Source: Ramazzottius varieornatus | Lineage: Eukaryota > Animalia > Tardigrada | Direction: 5' to 3' | Assembly: GCA_001949185.1 (NCBI GenBank) | Contig: BDGG01000003.1 | Span: forward strand, 3,145,158 to 3,209,157 | DNA length: 64,000 nucleotides | Part shown: one piece after another, positions 24,876 through 38,456 of the stretch | How positions within the stretch are numbered: the stretch's first letter is position 1 | Layout of the letters: each line of letters starts with the position of its first letter | Notes under the pieces: generated by a model | The model's input: only the letters and a program-made list of their open reading frames with translations | Told to the model about the DNA's origin: nothing | Databases searched by the model: none | Translations under genes and position numbers: made by a program

Positions 24876-26686
24876 GTGACTGGTGACGGCGACGTCCACG
24901 AAGATGGAGACATTTATCGCAGCGTGGAGCCAGATGACATGGACCTACAGCTTCTCAAGCAGCTCAGGATGAAACGGGAAGATTGCCTGGTTGTGATCCG
25001 AATCAAAGACGGGCAGCCCGACCCCGATGGACGAAGGTACCTCGTTGCCACCAGAGGACTTTCTCAAAACGCCGGGCTGGGCGGACCTTTTACCTCCCAA
25101 GAACTGGAAATGTATACTGTTGTCCAGCCGAAGGAAGCGCGACCAGCATTCGCTAAAGTGATCCATGACAAGCATCTGGCTAAGCTTAACAGGGTCAAGG
25201 TTGGTAAGTGCGAATTTCCTGGCCAAGTCTAACCTTGGGTCGGACAGTATGGGTGAGGTTGGGAAAAACGTTGCAGGTGATGTTTTGCGAGTTCATCCTT
25301 ACGACGACATCGAGTAAACTGGTATTGTTCGATGTAAGGGTTCGGGTGCCTGCGCGGGAGAGAGAAGTACGTGGGCTGTCTTTATGGATTGGCATTGAGC
25401 TTGTGGGCAGCTTTACTGGGAAAAGCAACTCAGATGGCGTGCACAGAGGGAAACGCTACTTCACATCTCACCAGAAGAGCGCCTTGTTTATTAGTATCGA
25501 CGAGATCGATTACATGAAACTGGTGAGGTCCGCTACGGAAATTCAGCCACCGGATTCACTGGTGCAGTTGATACGGATCGAGCCAAGACTTAAAGGAAGT
25601 CTGGTTGGGTCCGTACCGAACCAAGTAACCATCGAGGTAAGCTAATCTTCTGCTGCGCTGCGAAAAGGTTTCTGAGCTGTGATGTTTGCAAAATTTACGT
25701 TTTGCAGGAACTGGAAGACTTTTTCTGCATCGTGCTACCGTATCCCATAACTTTTACTGTAGAGTTTTTCTGCAAGAGTCGGGAAGGAATCGAAATTTAC
25801 GGTCGAAAGAAACATCAGCAAAATGTGGAGAGACTAAAGAAGCTTCCTGGTGTTGGGCAGGTGGTGGAATACGAAGACTGCTATCACGTCGTGATGATGG
25901 CACCTGAGATATACCCAGTGGTCCGGGAGAGCCTCCGGCTCCGTGAAGAGATGTTCAAGCTCGATCAACAAGCTCGTCCTCACTTCTCGTCGAAGCCTGG
26001 TATCGAAACCAGGGGGTCGGTCGGGGGTATTTCCGGGTGTGACATGGCAGAAGAGCAGGCAGGAAGCACGGCTAACGCTGCTGTCTGTGAGAAAGCTAAG
26101 GCCCTTCTGGACGATGAAACCTCTAGCGTGGATCCCTCAGAGAAAGTCTCGAAGAAGAAACCCAAGAAGAAGAAGCGACGTAAGAATAAAATATTGCACC
26201 TCATACGTATTACTTCTTTCCATGTTTGATTCACTTATGAAACGTTGTTGTTCTACAGCTGGAAATCCTTTTTCGGAACAAATTGTGTTCGAAGTATAAG
26301 CAGGGAGGATTACTGCAGTAAGCTCGAAGTTGGCTGCTCTGGATGGCTCGACGAGTCGCGATGACGTCAAAAACGGAGTCAGCGGGAAAATACCGGACGA
26401 AAGCGCTCCAGTCGATGGAGACCATGATGTAGAGGACCGTTCTGCTCCCGGTGACTTCCAGTTGTATTACGTTAGTAATTAAACTCTGAACAATTTTCCG
26501 TTTGTTACAGAAGGCCGCGTCCCAAGTTGTGTGGTTTGCTTGGATGGTCCACCTAACACTGCCTTCGATCCTTGTGGACATATCCACACCTGCAGTAAGT
26601 GTGCCAAGAAACTGTTCGAGAGCGACAGTCCCATCTGTCCATATTGCCGTAGTGTTATTGTTAGAATGCTGCGTGTATTTTTCTGA
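24876..26686 (+). CDS. Protein with a CAP-Gly domain and a C-terminal C3HC4 RING finger (putative E3 ligase); 5' end uncertain
   Basis: LWIGIELVGSFTGKSNSDGVHRGKRYFTSHQKSALFI (CAP-Gly consensus) at ~25380-25495; basic KKKPKKKKRR patch; last exon 26511-26686 encodes CVVCLDGPPNTAFDPCGHIHTCSKCAKKLFESDSPICPYCRSVIVRMLRVFF*. Linked by short GT-AG introns. Confidence 0.8.
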
Positions 26687-28173
26687 ACACCCTCAGATGT
26701 TTGATCTTCGGCTTCCATTTGCGTCGACTGCTCAATGACTTTCGCCTACTGGCTTTCACTAGTTCTCTTGTTCTTGATTCCCACAGGGAAGTTTTCCTGA
26801 TTATTACAGACCGAAAGTTGTGTTGCAGACCATAGTTGCAAATCTGTCCAGAAGACTCACCAGCGTTAAAGCTAGCTTTGAACCGTTCATCTTCACTCTT
26901 CGCCACATCGCGCTGCTCATCATTCTCACCTGAACGTAACTGCTGGACTCCATTGTAACCACCCGGGTCTTTAAAACACCGTGACACCGCGGGGTTTTAC
27001 AGGGTGAGTACGCCAAGTGACCACCACCTGGAACTTTGGCGTAGAAAAAATTCAGACTGTTTGCTTTCCTTTCGTTCCTTCACATGATTTGTACAACGTT
27101 TTACGTTGCTTTCAACGAGATATAGCTAATTTGCATGCGTTGAGACCTGGATTGTAGATGTTGACTGGAAAAACTTCCGTTGAGGAAGACTTTTCAGCAG
27201 GAACAAAACGGGCACTCTGGCACTCCAGGTGCGATCATCTCTCCCCAATTTGGTTTCAGCAGAGGTACAACTGTGTAGGTTCGTATCAGAATTTGGAAAC
27301 GATTACAAGAAAGTCAAACAACAGTAACTTGATAAATGAATTATGACCGTCGAATTCAACCATTTTGCCGGGAAACCACTCCTCGACGTTCATGCTTTTA
27401 GTTACCGGAAAAAGACAAACCATTTTGAGAAACTTTGTTTTCAGGCGTCCACCCAAAATTTTGGAACAGTTTCGCTAAAATTGCAGTATCAATAAATCAG
27501 CAAGCGGTAAAATAAACCGCCACATTTTTTTCAACAGCTAAACTACCGCTAAGAAATTTGTGATCAGCAGTTTCAACTTGGAAGTGCAGATGACAGAAAA
27601 ACGATTTTTTTCCGGAGGAAGGAACAGCGAAAATTTCACGCCGGAGCAGCTTCGCGGTTGCACCCTCTATTCTTGGGTTAAATTTCGACTTCCTTTAGAC
27701 ATTCATTGTGGCCAAGTTATTTTTGAAAGGTAGCAAGAGGGATAGTGAATCCAGAAAAAATGGTGATGGGGACCAACATACACTCAGTCGAGAGCGCCAT
27801 GATTATTACGAGGTGGTAGTCACTTGGCGAACTAACCCTGTAGTTCCGTGTTTTCGCATTGAAAGCAGGTGTAAGTCTACCGGAAAAAGACTCTAGCAAC
27901 GCAGGTTATCCATAAAGTGTGGCGCAATCGGGGCAAAAGTGAAAAGTTTTCACGAAATGAACCAACACAGACACCGGTACAAGTCATTCTTATCAAACAA
28001 AACAGCGTGCAGAAACTGCTTTGAAACGCTCTCGCAAACTACTGTATAACTTTGACACCGCAGTGCTTGTCCAGGATCACTTACCAAAAGATTCTCACCG
28101 GCTTTCTTTCACTGCCAATCTAACTTCTAACAAACCAAGAACGCGACGAATGTCATCATCTATAGAATGTTTC

Positions 28174-29473
28174 CTACAATGACAACAACTTGGGCTGCGG
28201 TTCCGCGATCCTTTCTTCTGCCGTCAAGTTCCCAAAGAAGACTTCCGGGTCGCGAACTTCCTCAAACGTCACCGTGTACCCACCGGAAGTGACCTGGGTA
28301 TACTGGGTACCTTCTCCCATGTGCCCGAAACGATCCAATGTCAAGCTATCTATCGAAGATTCGCTTTCCTCCGAACTGGTGCTTCTCATGGTCGGAATGA
28401 CGGGCGCCACTGGCGCTACCACTACCGGATTAGCCGGAGGGGAAGGTGGTCTAGTAGGCCTTCGATCTTCCAGCTCGATAGGCTCTGCTTTGACTTGCCA
28501 GTCTTCGCCAGGTGTCGTCGTGGCAGTAGCACCCGTCTTGAGCCTTTGCTCGTCGATATCAATGCTGGGTCGCTTGCCTCTGCGACTATCTGGATCAGTT
28601 ACTTCACTTGCAGCGTCATCAGAATCGACGTGCCAACGAGAGGTGCTGCTCTTGTTCTGTAGATTACGCTCTGCTGATGTGGCTAATCGCGCTGGAGGAC
28701 GCGATGAAGTGGGCTTCTCGTCCAGCTGTGACTCGAATAGATCATCTTCCTCGTTATCGTTGCTCTCTGGTGCTGGGTTTTTCGGCTTACGACCTCGCTT
28801 ACGGCCACGTTGAGCTTGTGTAGCCTGTTCCAGCTCGAAAGCCCGAATGAGACCTGGATCGAGGATATTCTCTTCTGGTTCCCAAGTGTTAAACTTGGCG
28901 TCCCAACCTACGAAAATATTCTGTCAGAAATTCGAGATTCCAGAAACACCACCTTCAACCATGAGAAAGAATTACTAAACTCTACCCATACGCTGAAAAT
29001 CTTGACGTTATCGAAACCAGATAGAATACGTACATAGGCGAGCAAACTCGTCAAATGGTGCACGCTTTCAACCAACAAAACTGGAAATGTGCGCCACGTT
29101 GGAAAATAATCAAACTCGATTTAGATCGCTCAGCCAAATGACGCAGGCTTCCAGCCAATAACAGTGACAGCGTGCGCCACCTAAGAAACGATCTTGTCGA
29201 GATTTTCTGCCGAGTCCTCACTCATGAATCATGATAATGTCCAGAAAGAAAGAATATCGTAAATCTCTTGGGGTAAATCTTGTGGGTCCGTACTATCAAG
29301 ACTGATAAAACGGTATTTCGGAAAGTGTTCTGCAAAGTAAGATGCATCCGTAAAAAGCTGTATTGGCGCGTACCTTTCCATTTTACGTAATACTCGATCC
29401 GGCCATTCTTGCTGCGTTTCTTCTTGAGCGCCTCGCATTTGTAGACTTGGTCCCCGAGATCCGAGAGTTCCAT
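28174..29473 (-). CDS. Pc: Polycomb/chromobox (CBX) homolog, 2 exons
   Basis: Chromodomain [53 protein letters not shown]-hook-like [10 protein letters not shown], and C-terminal Pc box-like [14 protein letters not shown]. Confidence 0.88.
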
Positions 29474-31683
29474 GATGGCGCCCAAGCTTCCGTGTGCTCT
29501 CCGATATTTTTCTCCAATATTTTTCCCGTGTAGTCGATCTACAGAACGTTGACAGAGTACAGTATAGCAATGCTGTTATTGTATTCACGGAAGTGATGGC
29601 ATGCAGACTAGATCGCACCGACTTTCGGCACAGATAACGGTGGAGCAACCAGCAAGCTATGCTACAAATAACAGCACACTGCCGATTAGAGCCACTGCGG
29701 AGAAATCAATTCTGACCCAGTTACAATTTCAAGCCGCGACGTGCGCTGTGCGGAGCTCTAGTCCACCATCATATTTCTTGCGGCCTAATCGATAATTGCT
29801 TGATAGAACCAAGATAAAGCAAGCTTCAAAGCCGGAATCAAGACACTACACGTAACACATTGACGGTAGCAAACAACCCTCCAGCGATAAAGACGGAAAG
29901 GGAAGCTAGACGCTCGCGTTGTCTTCGTACCTTTGAAAATCAGCTGTGAGCTTCCGAGTCAACAGAAAAGGGTGGATTCAACCGGAAACTGGAGCCGCAT
30001 ACACGTCCAAGTCCTTGGCGATCCTTGTGATTCTGCAAAACAGGGAAAGCAGACTTCAAGATTATGAAATTCAATACGTGAATAAAATCATAGAAAAAAT
30101 TCTTCGAGGCCAAAAATGTTTCTACATATCGAAACCGGCGAAACAACTGTACGAAGAGTTGTAGAATAGGTTGCAGGCGCAGCTGGAAATTCACCCAGTG
30201 AGCTTTTGGTTCGAGTGGCGGTGATACTGGAACATTGGACGGAAACCGGTCGCAAGTAAATTTTCTGTATGGCTGCTCGTCAAGGCGAGCTTGCAGTTGA
30301 TGAAGAGCCGGTTTGGCAAGCCTAGACAAGTACAATACCTGGGAAAAATATGCGCTGTATTGGTCTCCTCGTTATAAGCGTGACGCGTCTACTAAGGGTA
30401 GCAAGGAAGGAAAAACATACCGTGCGCGGCTGCTTATCCAGTCATTCGTTGAGGCTCTTTCTCCTTCCGGTGGAAGCAAAGGCTGGCAGGCAATCACGCA
30501 GACAGTTATCGTCCATGCATCGGTCTTGACAGTTGACACCCTGTAAGTTAGAGAGCAACGTCAAATGTTCCGTCTACTGTATCAAAACACGCTAAGTTTA
30601 GACTTGTTATGAGCGATGAAACGGATCTAATATTCACTCGAAGCGACGATCAGGAAAGAAAACTGTTCCGCGCTCGAAAACCAAAACATTACTTTCGAGC
30701 TACATAAAGTTAGGAAGTTGTGGGACTGGGAGTCTGGCACTTGTGGCAGTGGCACTGTTGTCATTGTTGTACGTCTAGGAAGTCGTGACGTCATGCACCG
30801 CCACGCACAAGTTAGGAACAAAGGGTTTCGCATTGACGCATTCCGCTGCCGCGCTTACGGAATTCCGGGATCTAAACTTTAGACTAGTATGGAAATTTTT
30901 TGTGGTATCCTTCCCCTACTGAGGAAATCTCTGCTCTGAAGTGTACACTAGGAAAATTACGTGCATTTCGCAGAATCTCATGCAGCTCAAGTTGGTCAAC
31001 AGATCGATATCGGCCACACGTTCCATTCGCTGCTCGCGACGGCGTGCGCCACTTGCTTCCTTTGGGAATTGATTCTTGTGATGGACAACACTTCAGGCGA
31101 TCAACCGCTCTTTTCCGAACAAGCAACTATATTTAGATCTAACATCAATGAGTTGTTCGGGATAACTCTGTCTCCAAGGACTGACCGAAGTGGAGAGCGA
31201 AGTATGGCTACAAGTCGTAAGTGTAAGTATTGAAGTGTCCGGTGTGCGCCACTGATGTCAACAGGCTTGAATCGACGTATCCATCTTTCGGGTAAGTTAC
31301 GATATCTGCAACTTTTTGTAGAATCGGACACACAACATCGATTTCGCAATGGAAGGTCTTGACAAGGAAGACTCATCAATTGACGATGATACATTTTGAT
31401 ATTGTCCTACACCTTCCATTTGTATATATGCATTTGCAAGCGGTGTGGCTCGACCGGAAACGAAACGGGAGGACTGTAGTAAGCGGCGGATTCGGTTACG
31501 AAGAGTAAACAACGTTCCACTGGGTTCTTGACAGCGTTCACCTTGACGAAGAGATGGAAGAGCTGCCGACTGGAAAGGCAGGGAGAGCGTTAGCGCAGTC
31601 GCGGAGATTCGGCCCGTTGACCGTCCACTCTGCTCGCGTCCGCCGAACAAGATCGGGCCGTTTCATTTGTCGACACATGAAGA

Positions 31684-34600
31684 ATGGATCAGCACAAGTT
31701 ATGGTTCTCTGGGTTGGTTCTACGCGTTGCCCTCTTTGCAATCCTACCCCTCGGCCAAGTCTCCGGTACCGTAGCGACCACTGGCGGCAAAAATGCGAAA
31801 ATTGGTAAGTATGGATACCAGTCATCTTATGCTTTGCCCGCTTATCAATCAAACTGTTCTAGTGATCGTTGCCGACGCGAGGCACCCAGTCTATGGATCT
31901 TATGCCCAAATTGCGATTGATTTTATTAATCAAGAGCAGTCACTATCCATCGAACCGAACCCGCAAGGACCGCGGTTCCTTCTACAACACGCCACCGTCG
32001 AAGTTGCCCACAATGATTCCGATGCCACTTTTACCCAGGGTACGAAGCGGTCCCATGCAGGAGGTTACTGTACACGCAGACTACCTGATGGAAACTCCTT
32101 ATTCGAACTCTTTTCAGTGTGTTCATCGTACAACACCGCTTGGTCGGATTCAAGGCCGCATCTTCTGCTGGACATTACCGCCACACCCTTGTATGGACCT
32201 TCCATGTTACTGCAGGAATCTCCACCAGCGTTCACAATTCTATCAGCCGTACTTTTTTGGCAGGATTTCGGCAACTGTCAAATCATTCGCAAAGTTCACG
32301 GCAACTCCAAGTGCCAGCCTTTTGTGCTGCATGGTGGAGGAGCGCTTCGAAGGGGTCTTCACCGGTCAAGACTTTAACGATCATTTGGTTTTCGATCCTC
32401 CCTCAAAAGTCTGGATCCGCAGTATTCGCGACTTTGTACAACATGAAAATATGACTTCGGCAGCTATTGTTCTGGATAGAAGTTTTGGTAAGCCTTTTGA
32501 GTGTATGTGTTACCTATGTGTGCACTATGCATTCTACGACGGTGAGCTTTAATCGTTCTTCACAGTTATCGACAAGAATCAGCGAATGCTTCTGGCTAAC
32601 CTTCCATGCAAACATCTCATGACGTATTTAGAATTTCAAGATACAGAAGTGATCAACGCGTTTCTCACGAAGATGCGCAGCGTTGGAATACAAAATTACT
32701 TCGTCGTTGCGGAGATAGGTGCTGCTGGAAGATTCATCGATCAGGTTCGCTTGTGACATATTCGTTCTTTGAACGTTTCGAGCGAATTGAAAGCTTTGTT
32801 GTTATGTGCAGGCATTCCGACTCGGTGTGATGGTATTGAGACAACGGCCAAATTTCTTTGTGCTGACCAAGGTACATACTGTAGATTCTGTAGAATATTG
32901 TGAAGAATGTACTGCACGAGTTCTCCGACAGGGAATATCACATTATTTGACTAACTCATTGATTCAACGTAGAATACGGAGAATGTAGAGTGTCCGCAGT
33001 GTAGTGAAGCCAAGCTCATCAAGTTGAAACCTCAAATCGCCAACTCTCCCATCAAGGAGGAAGTACTGGCTTTCGCCCAAAGCAGACTTGGGAACGACAA
33101 TGGAACTTCACACTCAAATTTCTCTCAGGTTAGTCAATATCATACCTACGAGTATGTCAATATCATAGCCATAACCGCCGTACAGCAGGTTTGTTTTTCA
33201 GGTGGATTTCCTTTACATATTCGACACTGTGCAAGCTATAGTGACTTCGCTCCTACAAACGAATATCGACTCACGAAAGCCTGCGGTATCATGTGAGACA
33301 CGCTACACCGGCGTCAAGTCTACTAAACCATCGGAAGCGACAACCGCGACCGCCACAAAAAACCTTAGCTGGTTTTTCGAAACCGAACACCAGGGTGGAA
33401 TATTAGGTTCCATACTTTCCCGGAATGAGAAAAGTAACATGATCGTTGATGCCAAGCTCGATATCGAAGAGCAAACAATTACATTTACCGATACTCGAAT
33501 TACCCAACAGGTACACTTCTCAAATATCATCCGACGAGAGTATCGGGAACAAACATAATCTAATGGACTATGACGGTAAAACTGTCAACCCATCTCTTTT
33601 CTTTCCAGCTGGGGACTTGGAGTCATCGTAATGGTCTCATGGATCCCAAAGGCAAGGGCCGGTTCCCTCGTGCGGTAACCAGCTCGGCTCTTCGAGTAGC
33701 GGTGGTAGTGGTACGTGACATCCCCATTTAATTTAATGCTGCACAGTTCTGACCACAAACAATCTCTTTCATTTCAATTTTATATCGTCCTTTCATTTCA
33801 ATTTTACTGTTCGTGTGTAGCAAGAGCCTTTCATCATCAGAACAAAAAACGAAACCACGCCTTACAAAGGGTACCTCATCGACCTCATGCAAAAAATTGC
33901 CAACGAGCTGCAGATACAGTATGAACTGTACGAGGTCCCCGATCAGCAGTTCGGTGCTATGGACGACAATGGCGAATGGAACGGTCTGATTCGAGAGCTG
34001 GTGGATAAGGTACAGTAAGTTGGCTATGCAAGAATAACACTACAACAAGGTCCAGCTCAAGTGAGCATTGTTGACGCGTCAGACGGTCAGGGCACCTTTT
34101 CCACGATATTTGTACATATCAGAATGCCTTACTTTAGAAAGCTGATATTGGATTAGCCCCATTGTCCGTCATGGCCGAGCGAGAGAACGTGGTCGATTTC
34201 ACAGTTCCATATTTTGATCTTGTCGGTATCACGATACTGATGAAGAAGCCCAACCAAGAGCAGTCCTTGTTCAAGTTCGTGACAGTACTGGAAGCTCCTG
34301 TGTGGGCTTCCATCTTTGGAGCGTACCTTGTCACCAGCCTGCTCATGTTTGCTTTCGACCGACTTAGCCCCTACTCATACCGCAACCTGAAAGCAAAAGA
34401 GCGGGAGAAAAGTAATCAACAGGTGGTTACGGAAGTTGTCGCTGTGGACGTGAAAGTGGCGGACCTTCCCACAGAGGGAACCAAGCGAGAATCGGAGAAC
34501 ACTGATGAATACGGCACGAGGATCTTCACGCTGAAAGAATCGCTGTGGTTTTGCATGACAAGTCTCACACCACAAGGCGGAGGCGAAGCTCCCCGGTACG

Positions 34601-36060
34601 TTGCCAGTCATGGACAAAAATTGTACGCTAATCGAGCTGAGTGTTTTCGCTCTTTCTTCCGTAGGAACCTTTCGGGTCGCTTGGTGGCGGCCACCTGGTG
34701 GATGTTTGGCTTCATTATCATCGCCAGTTACACCGCCAACTTGGCTGCCTTCCTGACTGTGTCCCGTTTGGAACAGCCAGTAGGTGGTCTGGATGATTTG
34801 ATGAAGCAGTACGGTATTCGATATGGGCCGGTCGAAAACTCGGCCACCGAAACGTACTTCAAGCGGATGTGGAAGATCGAAGAACGTTTTTACGAGTAAG
34901 CGAGGTTCTTATTTACGTATAAATTGGCTCGTTAGCGATGAATTTCCTGTGCTTAGGATATGGCGGGATATGAGCTTGAATGAGTCCATGAGCGAAAAGG
35001 AGCGGGCTGAACTGGCCGTCTGGGACTATCCGGTCTCCGACAAATATACGAAGTTGTGGCTGACTATGAAGGACTTTCCTCGTCCCAAAACCACCGAGGA
35101 GGGTATCGAGTGGGTCAAAGCCACAAACACAACGGAGAGCGGTGAAAAGGACGGGTTCGCACTGATCGGTACACTTTACTTTTATACTACAACAATATTC
35201 AGTTTCCTGGGTTATACTGTGCTATAGCAATGGAGAAACTAATTTTTGCACGATGGTTTTTCTTTGTATTCAAAGGTGATGCTGCTACTTTACAATACAC
35301 GGCGAATCTGGACTGCGACTTGAACTTGGTTGGGGAAGAATTTTCGCGCAAACCATACGCCCTTGCGGTCCAGGAAGGGTCTCCTCTCCGAGACCAGCTG
35401 TCTGGCGTGTACGCCCATAAGACTGTTCGACGAGCATAATTAGACACCCGTATTAGTACATACCTAACGTATCGCACAAACGTTTTGCTTATTTTTTCAC
35501 AGAATACTGAAGCTGTTGAATCAACGCGAGCTTGAACTGATGAAGGAACAATGGTGGCAAATGGATAAGCAGAAAGCCTGTGGTTCCGGGGAGAATGAAA
35601 ATGAAGGGTGAGTCAGGTCTCCAATTACCACGCAAAGATCTTTCTGGATCGACAGTTCGAACGGTCATGTAATTAAGATGAACGCTTTTACGTTTACAGG
35701 ATATCCATTCAAAACATCGGTGGCGTCTTTATTTTAGTGTTAGCTGGGACAGTACTAGCTTGCATCATGTTGGCCTTCGAGTACTACTGGTACAAGCGTC
35801 GGCTCGTCAGAGAGTTCCCGCAAGTCAGCCAGAAGATCGAGATGACCACGGTTGGATCAGTGCAAAACATCAACTACCCCACGCCCATCAGTCCATCTAT
35901 CAGTAACCGTTCTCATAACGTCTTCAGTGAAACCGCCATTGACAAGAAAGGAGTGGATAACAAAGCTTTCGAAAGGCGCGAAAGCAATATCGCCAAAGAA
36001 ATTCGCCAGCGAAAGCAACCCAATCAAGTTAAGCCCGACGAAACGGAGGCCGCTGACTAA
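31684..36060 (+). CDS. Ir25a: Ionotropic receptor co-receptor IR25a, multi-exon
   Basis: Signal peptide and ATD; ERENVVDFTVPYFDLVGITILM; FTLKESLWFCMTSLTPQGGGEAP; LVAATWWMFGFIIIASYTANLAAFLTVSRL; the IR25a-characteristic WRDMSLNES..ERAELAVWDYPVSDKYTKLW. Confidence 0.93.
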
Positions 36061-36313
36061 GATTTACAGGCCAGTGAGATTGTGAACCGTCGGCAAATAA
36101 ATTCACCAAGACTGTTTTCACAAGTGGCGCAGGCTCTCAGTCAGTAACAACGACAACGTGCGCCACTTGAGACAACGATCTGGGGAAAATTATTTGTCGA
36201 CGCCTTAAGGAACCTTGTCATCGTTTCAAATTCTTGGCATCTCACATTGTTGATTACTATTCAGAAGCGCAAGTTGCACTTTATGTAAAGAATTGGGATC
36301 GGCTTGATCAAGG

Positions 36314-37369
36314 TCAGCCGGTGGGCTTCAACAGACTTCTGAAAGCTTCCCGCCATACTGCCGACGCTAAAGGATAAGTGAGAGGGGTAATTAGTGGGTT
36401 GATACTGAGTAATACCACTGTGATGGTGTAAAAAGTGGAATCGAAATAATCCGATGTGCTGGCTATAGCAAAATACACCAGGTTTGGAGTCCAGAAGATG
36501 ACTGTTGCTGCCACGAGATACGTTAAGACCTTGAACTGAGATGTCGAAGAGCCAGGGACATTTTGTCTTCCCCGCGAGCGCTGCTGCGGTCCCACGGAAG
36601 CCGACGGACGAGCAAGATATCTATCGCGAACTCCGTCTGCTGCCGACAGCGTGGCACCAGGTTTGCTTCGAGCACTAGCTCGAACCTTTCGACGCTGAGC
36701 GACCTTCCATCCGATAATGGGATAGACTCCGACAACAACGACTTCAGGGACGACGTACAGAATGAGATCGCACAAAGTTGCCCATAAAGACTGAGCCATT
36801 AGATTCAGAGAGCAATCGCGAAAGTTCTCCGTTCGGTAGTACATATCGTCAGGTATCAGACCGGTCAATGTCCAAATATGCGCATAGATATACGTCAGAA
36901 TACACATGAGAGCCGCCAAACGTTTAGTGTGATACGTTTTATAATGCATGGGGAAACAGACGGCCCATAGTCGGTTGAGGGAAATGAGCATATGGAACTG
37001 GATGGAGAGACTGTACCATGTCCAGAATCCATACAGATAGACTGTGCAGAATGCGCGGCTGAATACCCATTTGTTCAAAGCATACAACGCAAAGTTCCCC
37101 GGGGTTGTAAAGATGGCAGTAACGAAATCGGTAATGGCCAAGTTCAGCATGTACACGTTGAAGGGAGTGTGGAAGGAGGAGCTGGAAACTTTACAGTAAG
37201 TTAGGAGAAAGATGCCGTTGGAAATTACTGTTCCTACTCCGATAACCAGAAGCAGCCATCCAGCGACCTCGGCATTGGGGTAAAATCCCACATCGTCGTT
37301 CGAAGCTGTGGCATTTGATCCTCCCGAGGTATTTCTCAGGGAACCAGCTGTAAGGTTATTACGGTCCAT
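36314..37369 (-). CDS. Class A (rhodopsin-like) orphan GPCR, single exon
   Basis: Seven hydrophobic segments, N-glycosylated N-terminus, TPFNVYMLNLAITD (TM2), TM3 Cys, ISLNRLWAV (DRY variant), FWTP, NPLITP; ATG of MDRNN at 37369. Confidence 0.9.
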   Translation of the reverse strand: MDRNNLTAGSLRNTSGGSNATASNDDVGFYPNAEVAGWLLLVIGVGTVISNGIFLLTYCKVSSSSFHTPFNVYMLNLAITDFVTAIFTTPGNFALYALNKWVFSRAFCTVYLYGFWTWYSLSIQFHMLISLNRLWAVCFPMHYKTYHTKRLAALMCILTYIYAHIWTLTGLIPDDMYYRTENFRDCSLNLMAQSLWATLCDLILYVVPEVVVVGVYPIIGWKVAQRRKVRASARSKPGATLSAADGVRDRYLARPSASVGPQQRSRGRQNVPGSSTSQFKVLTYLVAATVIFWTPNLVYFAIASTSDYFDSTFYTITVVLLSINPLITPLTYPLASAVWREAFRSLLKPTG

Positions 37370-37922
37370 TACCGTTTTCTCGTTGAATACGAGGCTGACG
37401 ATACTGTAGTTACACGAAAGTATCAGGACCAATTAATGTACAACGGGCAACAGTCCACCGGATGAATCAACTAGCAAGTTTTCTATGCTACCAAAAGACG
37501 GCTGGGTTTGTGTCTTATCCGAACCAACATACTGCGTAATACGAGAAGGGAAAAAGACGGGCTTTTAGGGTTAGACGGAATACGGAAAAGCGCACAGGGC
37601 ATCGGGGAATCATGAGATGAAGGCCCGTAACAATATTTTATTTAAGCCACATTGCCACGTTTGGGCTTTCAATTTATTATTGTCATGGACAAACTATCAA
37701 TATCGATACCTTTGGTGAAAACTGGACACTTTTGGGCAGAGGAATGATGATTTTAATTAAGGGGAAAGGACAAACAATCTTTGTTATACTAGAATTGTAC
37801 ATCAACATGTCATGAGCACAAAGAAGAAACTCCCACAACATTACGGTATTAAAATTGATATAAAGGAGCAGTCTATCAAAACACTTGCGCTACAGTGTTT
37901 TTGATACAGTACCTCATAACTC

Positions 37923-38090
37923 TTATTTACTGAGTACCAGTAGGTGCTTGAATGCTTCCCGCCACTCCTCGGACGCTATTAAATGGGAAGGTGAGGGGAG
38001 TAATCAGTGGGTGAATACTGAGTATGCCCGTTGCTGCTGTGAAATAAGTACTATTGATGAAATCAAAGTCTAAACACAAAGTCATTTCTT
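37923..38090 (-). pseudogene. Frameshifted TM7/helix-8 relic of a paralogous GPCR
   Basis: DFINSTYFTAATGILSIHPLITPLTFP, then in a shifted frame ASEEWREAFKHLL; aligns with the neighbouring GPCR's DYFDSTFYTITVVLLSINPLITPLTYPLASAVWREAFRSLL. Confidence 0.75.
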
Positions 38091-38456
38091 CCCAACCCAG
38101 AAACAGCACCAACGTTGACAAGAACTCAAAACGTAAACTATGGAACTTAGACTATTCGTGAGTCCGTGTTTCTGACCGTCTTCCTACAAACTGACAGATC
38201 ACAGACAGGAAGAACCGTTGCTATTATGAAGCAGGGACGGGCTGCAAAACATCAAAGGTGACGACCCAATCGAAAGGTGGAGACAGACTGGGCTCTGCAT
38301 GTGCAACGAAGAAAACCCGAGAGACTGAACGGCTTTTCCTTTATTTCGAACAAAGGTCTAAAAAAGCAATCTAGATATCATAGTTATAGCGATAAAAATA
38401 TCCTGCTATCACTCTCAAGTGTCCATGAGCTTTTACAGAAATGAACAAAAGCATCT

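Noticed and set aside
28190-28813. 207-aa plus-strand ORF (likewise 54972-55613 and 14664-15728)
   Set aside because: Antisense shadows of the Pc, Hsf and LRR coding exons.
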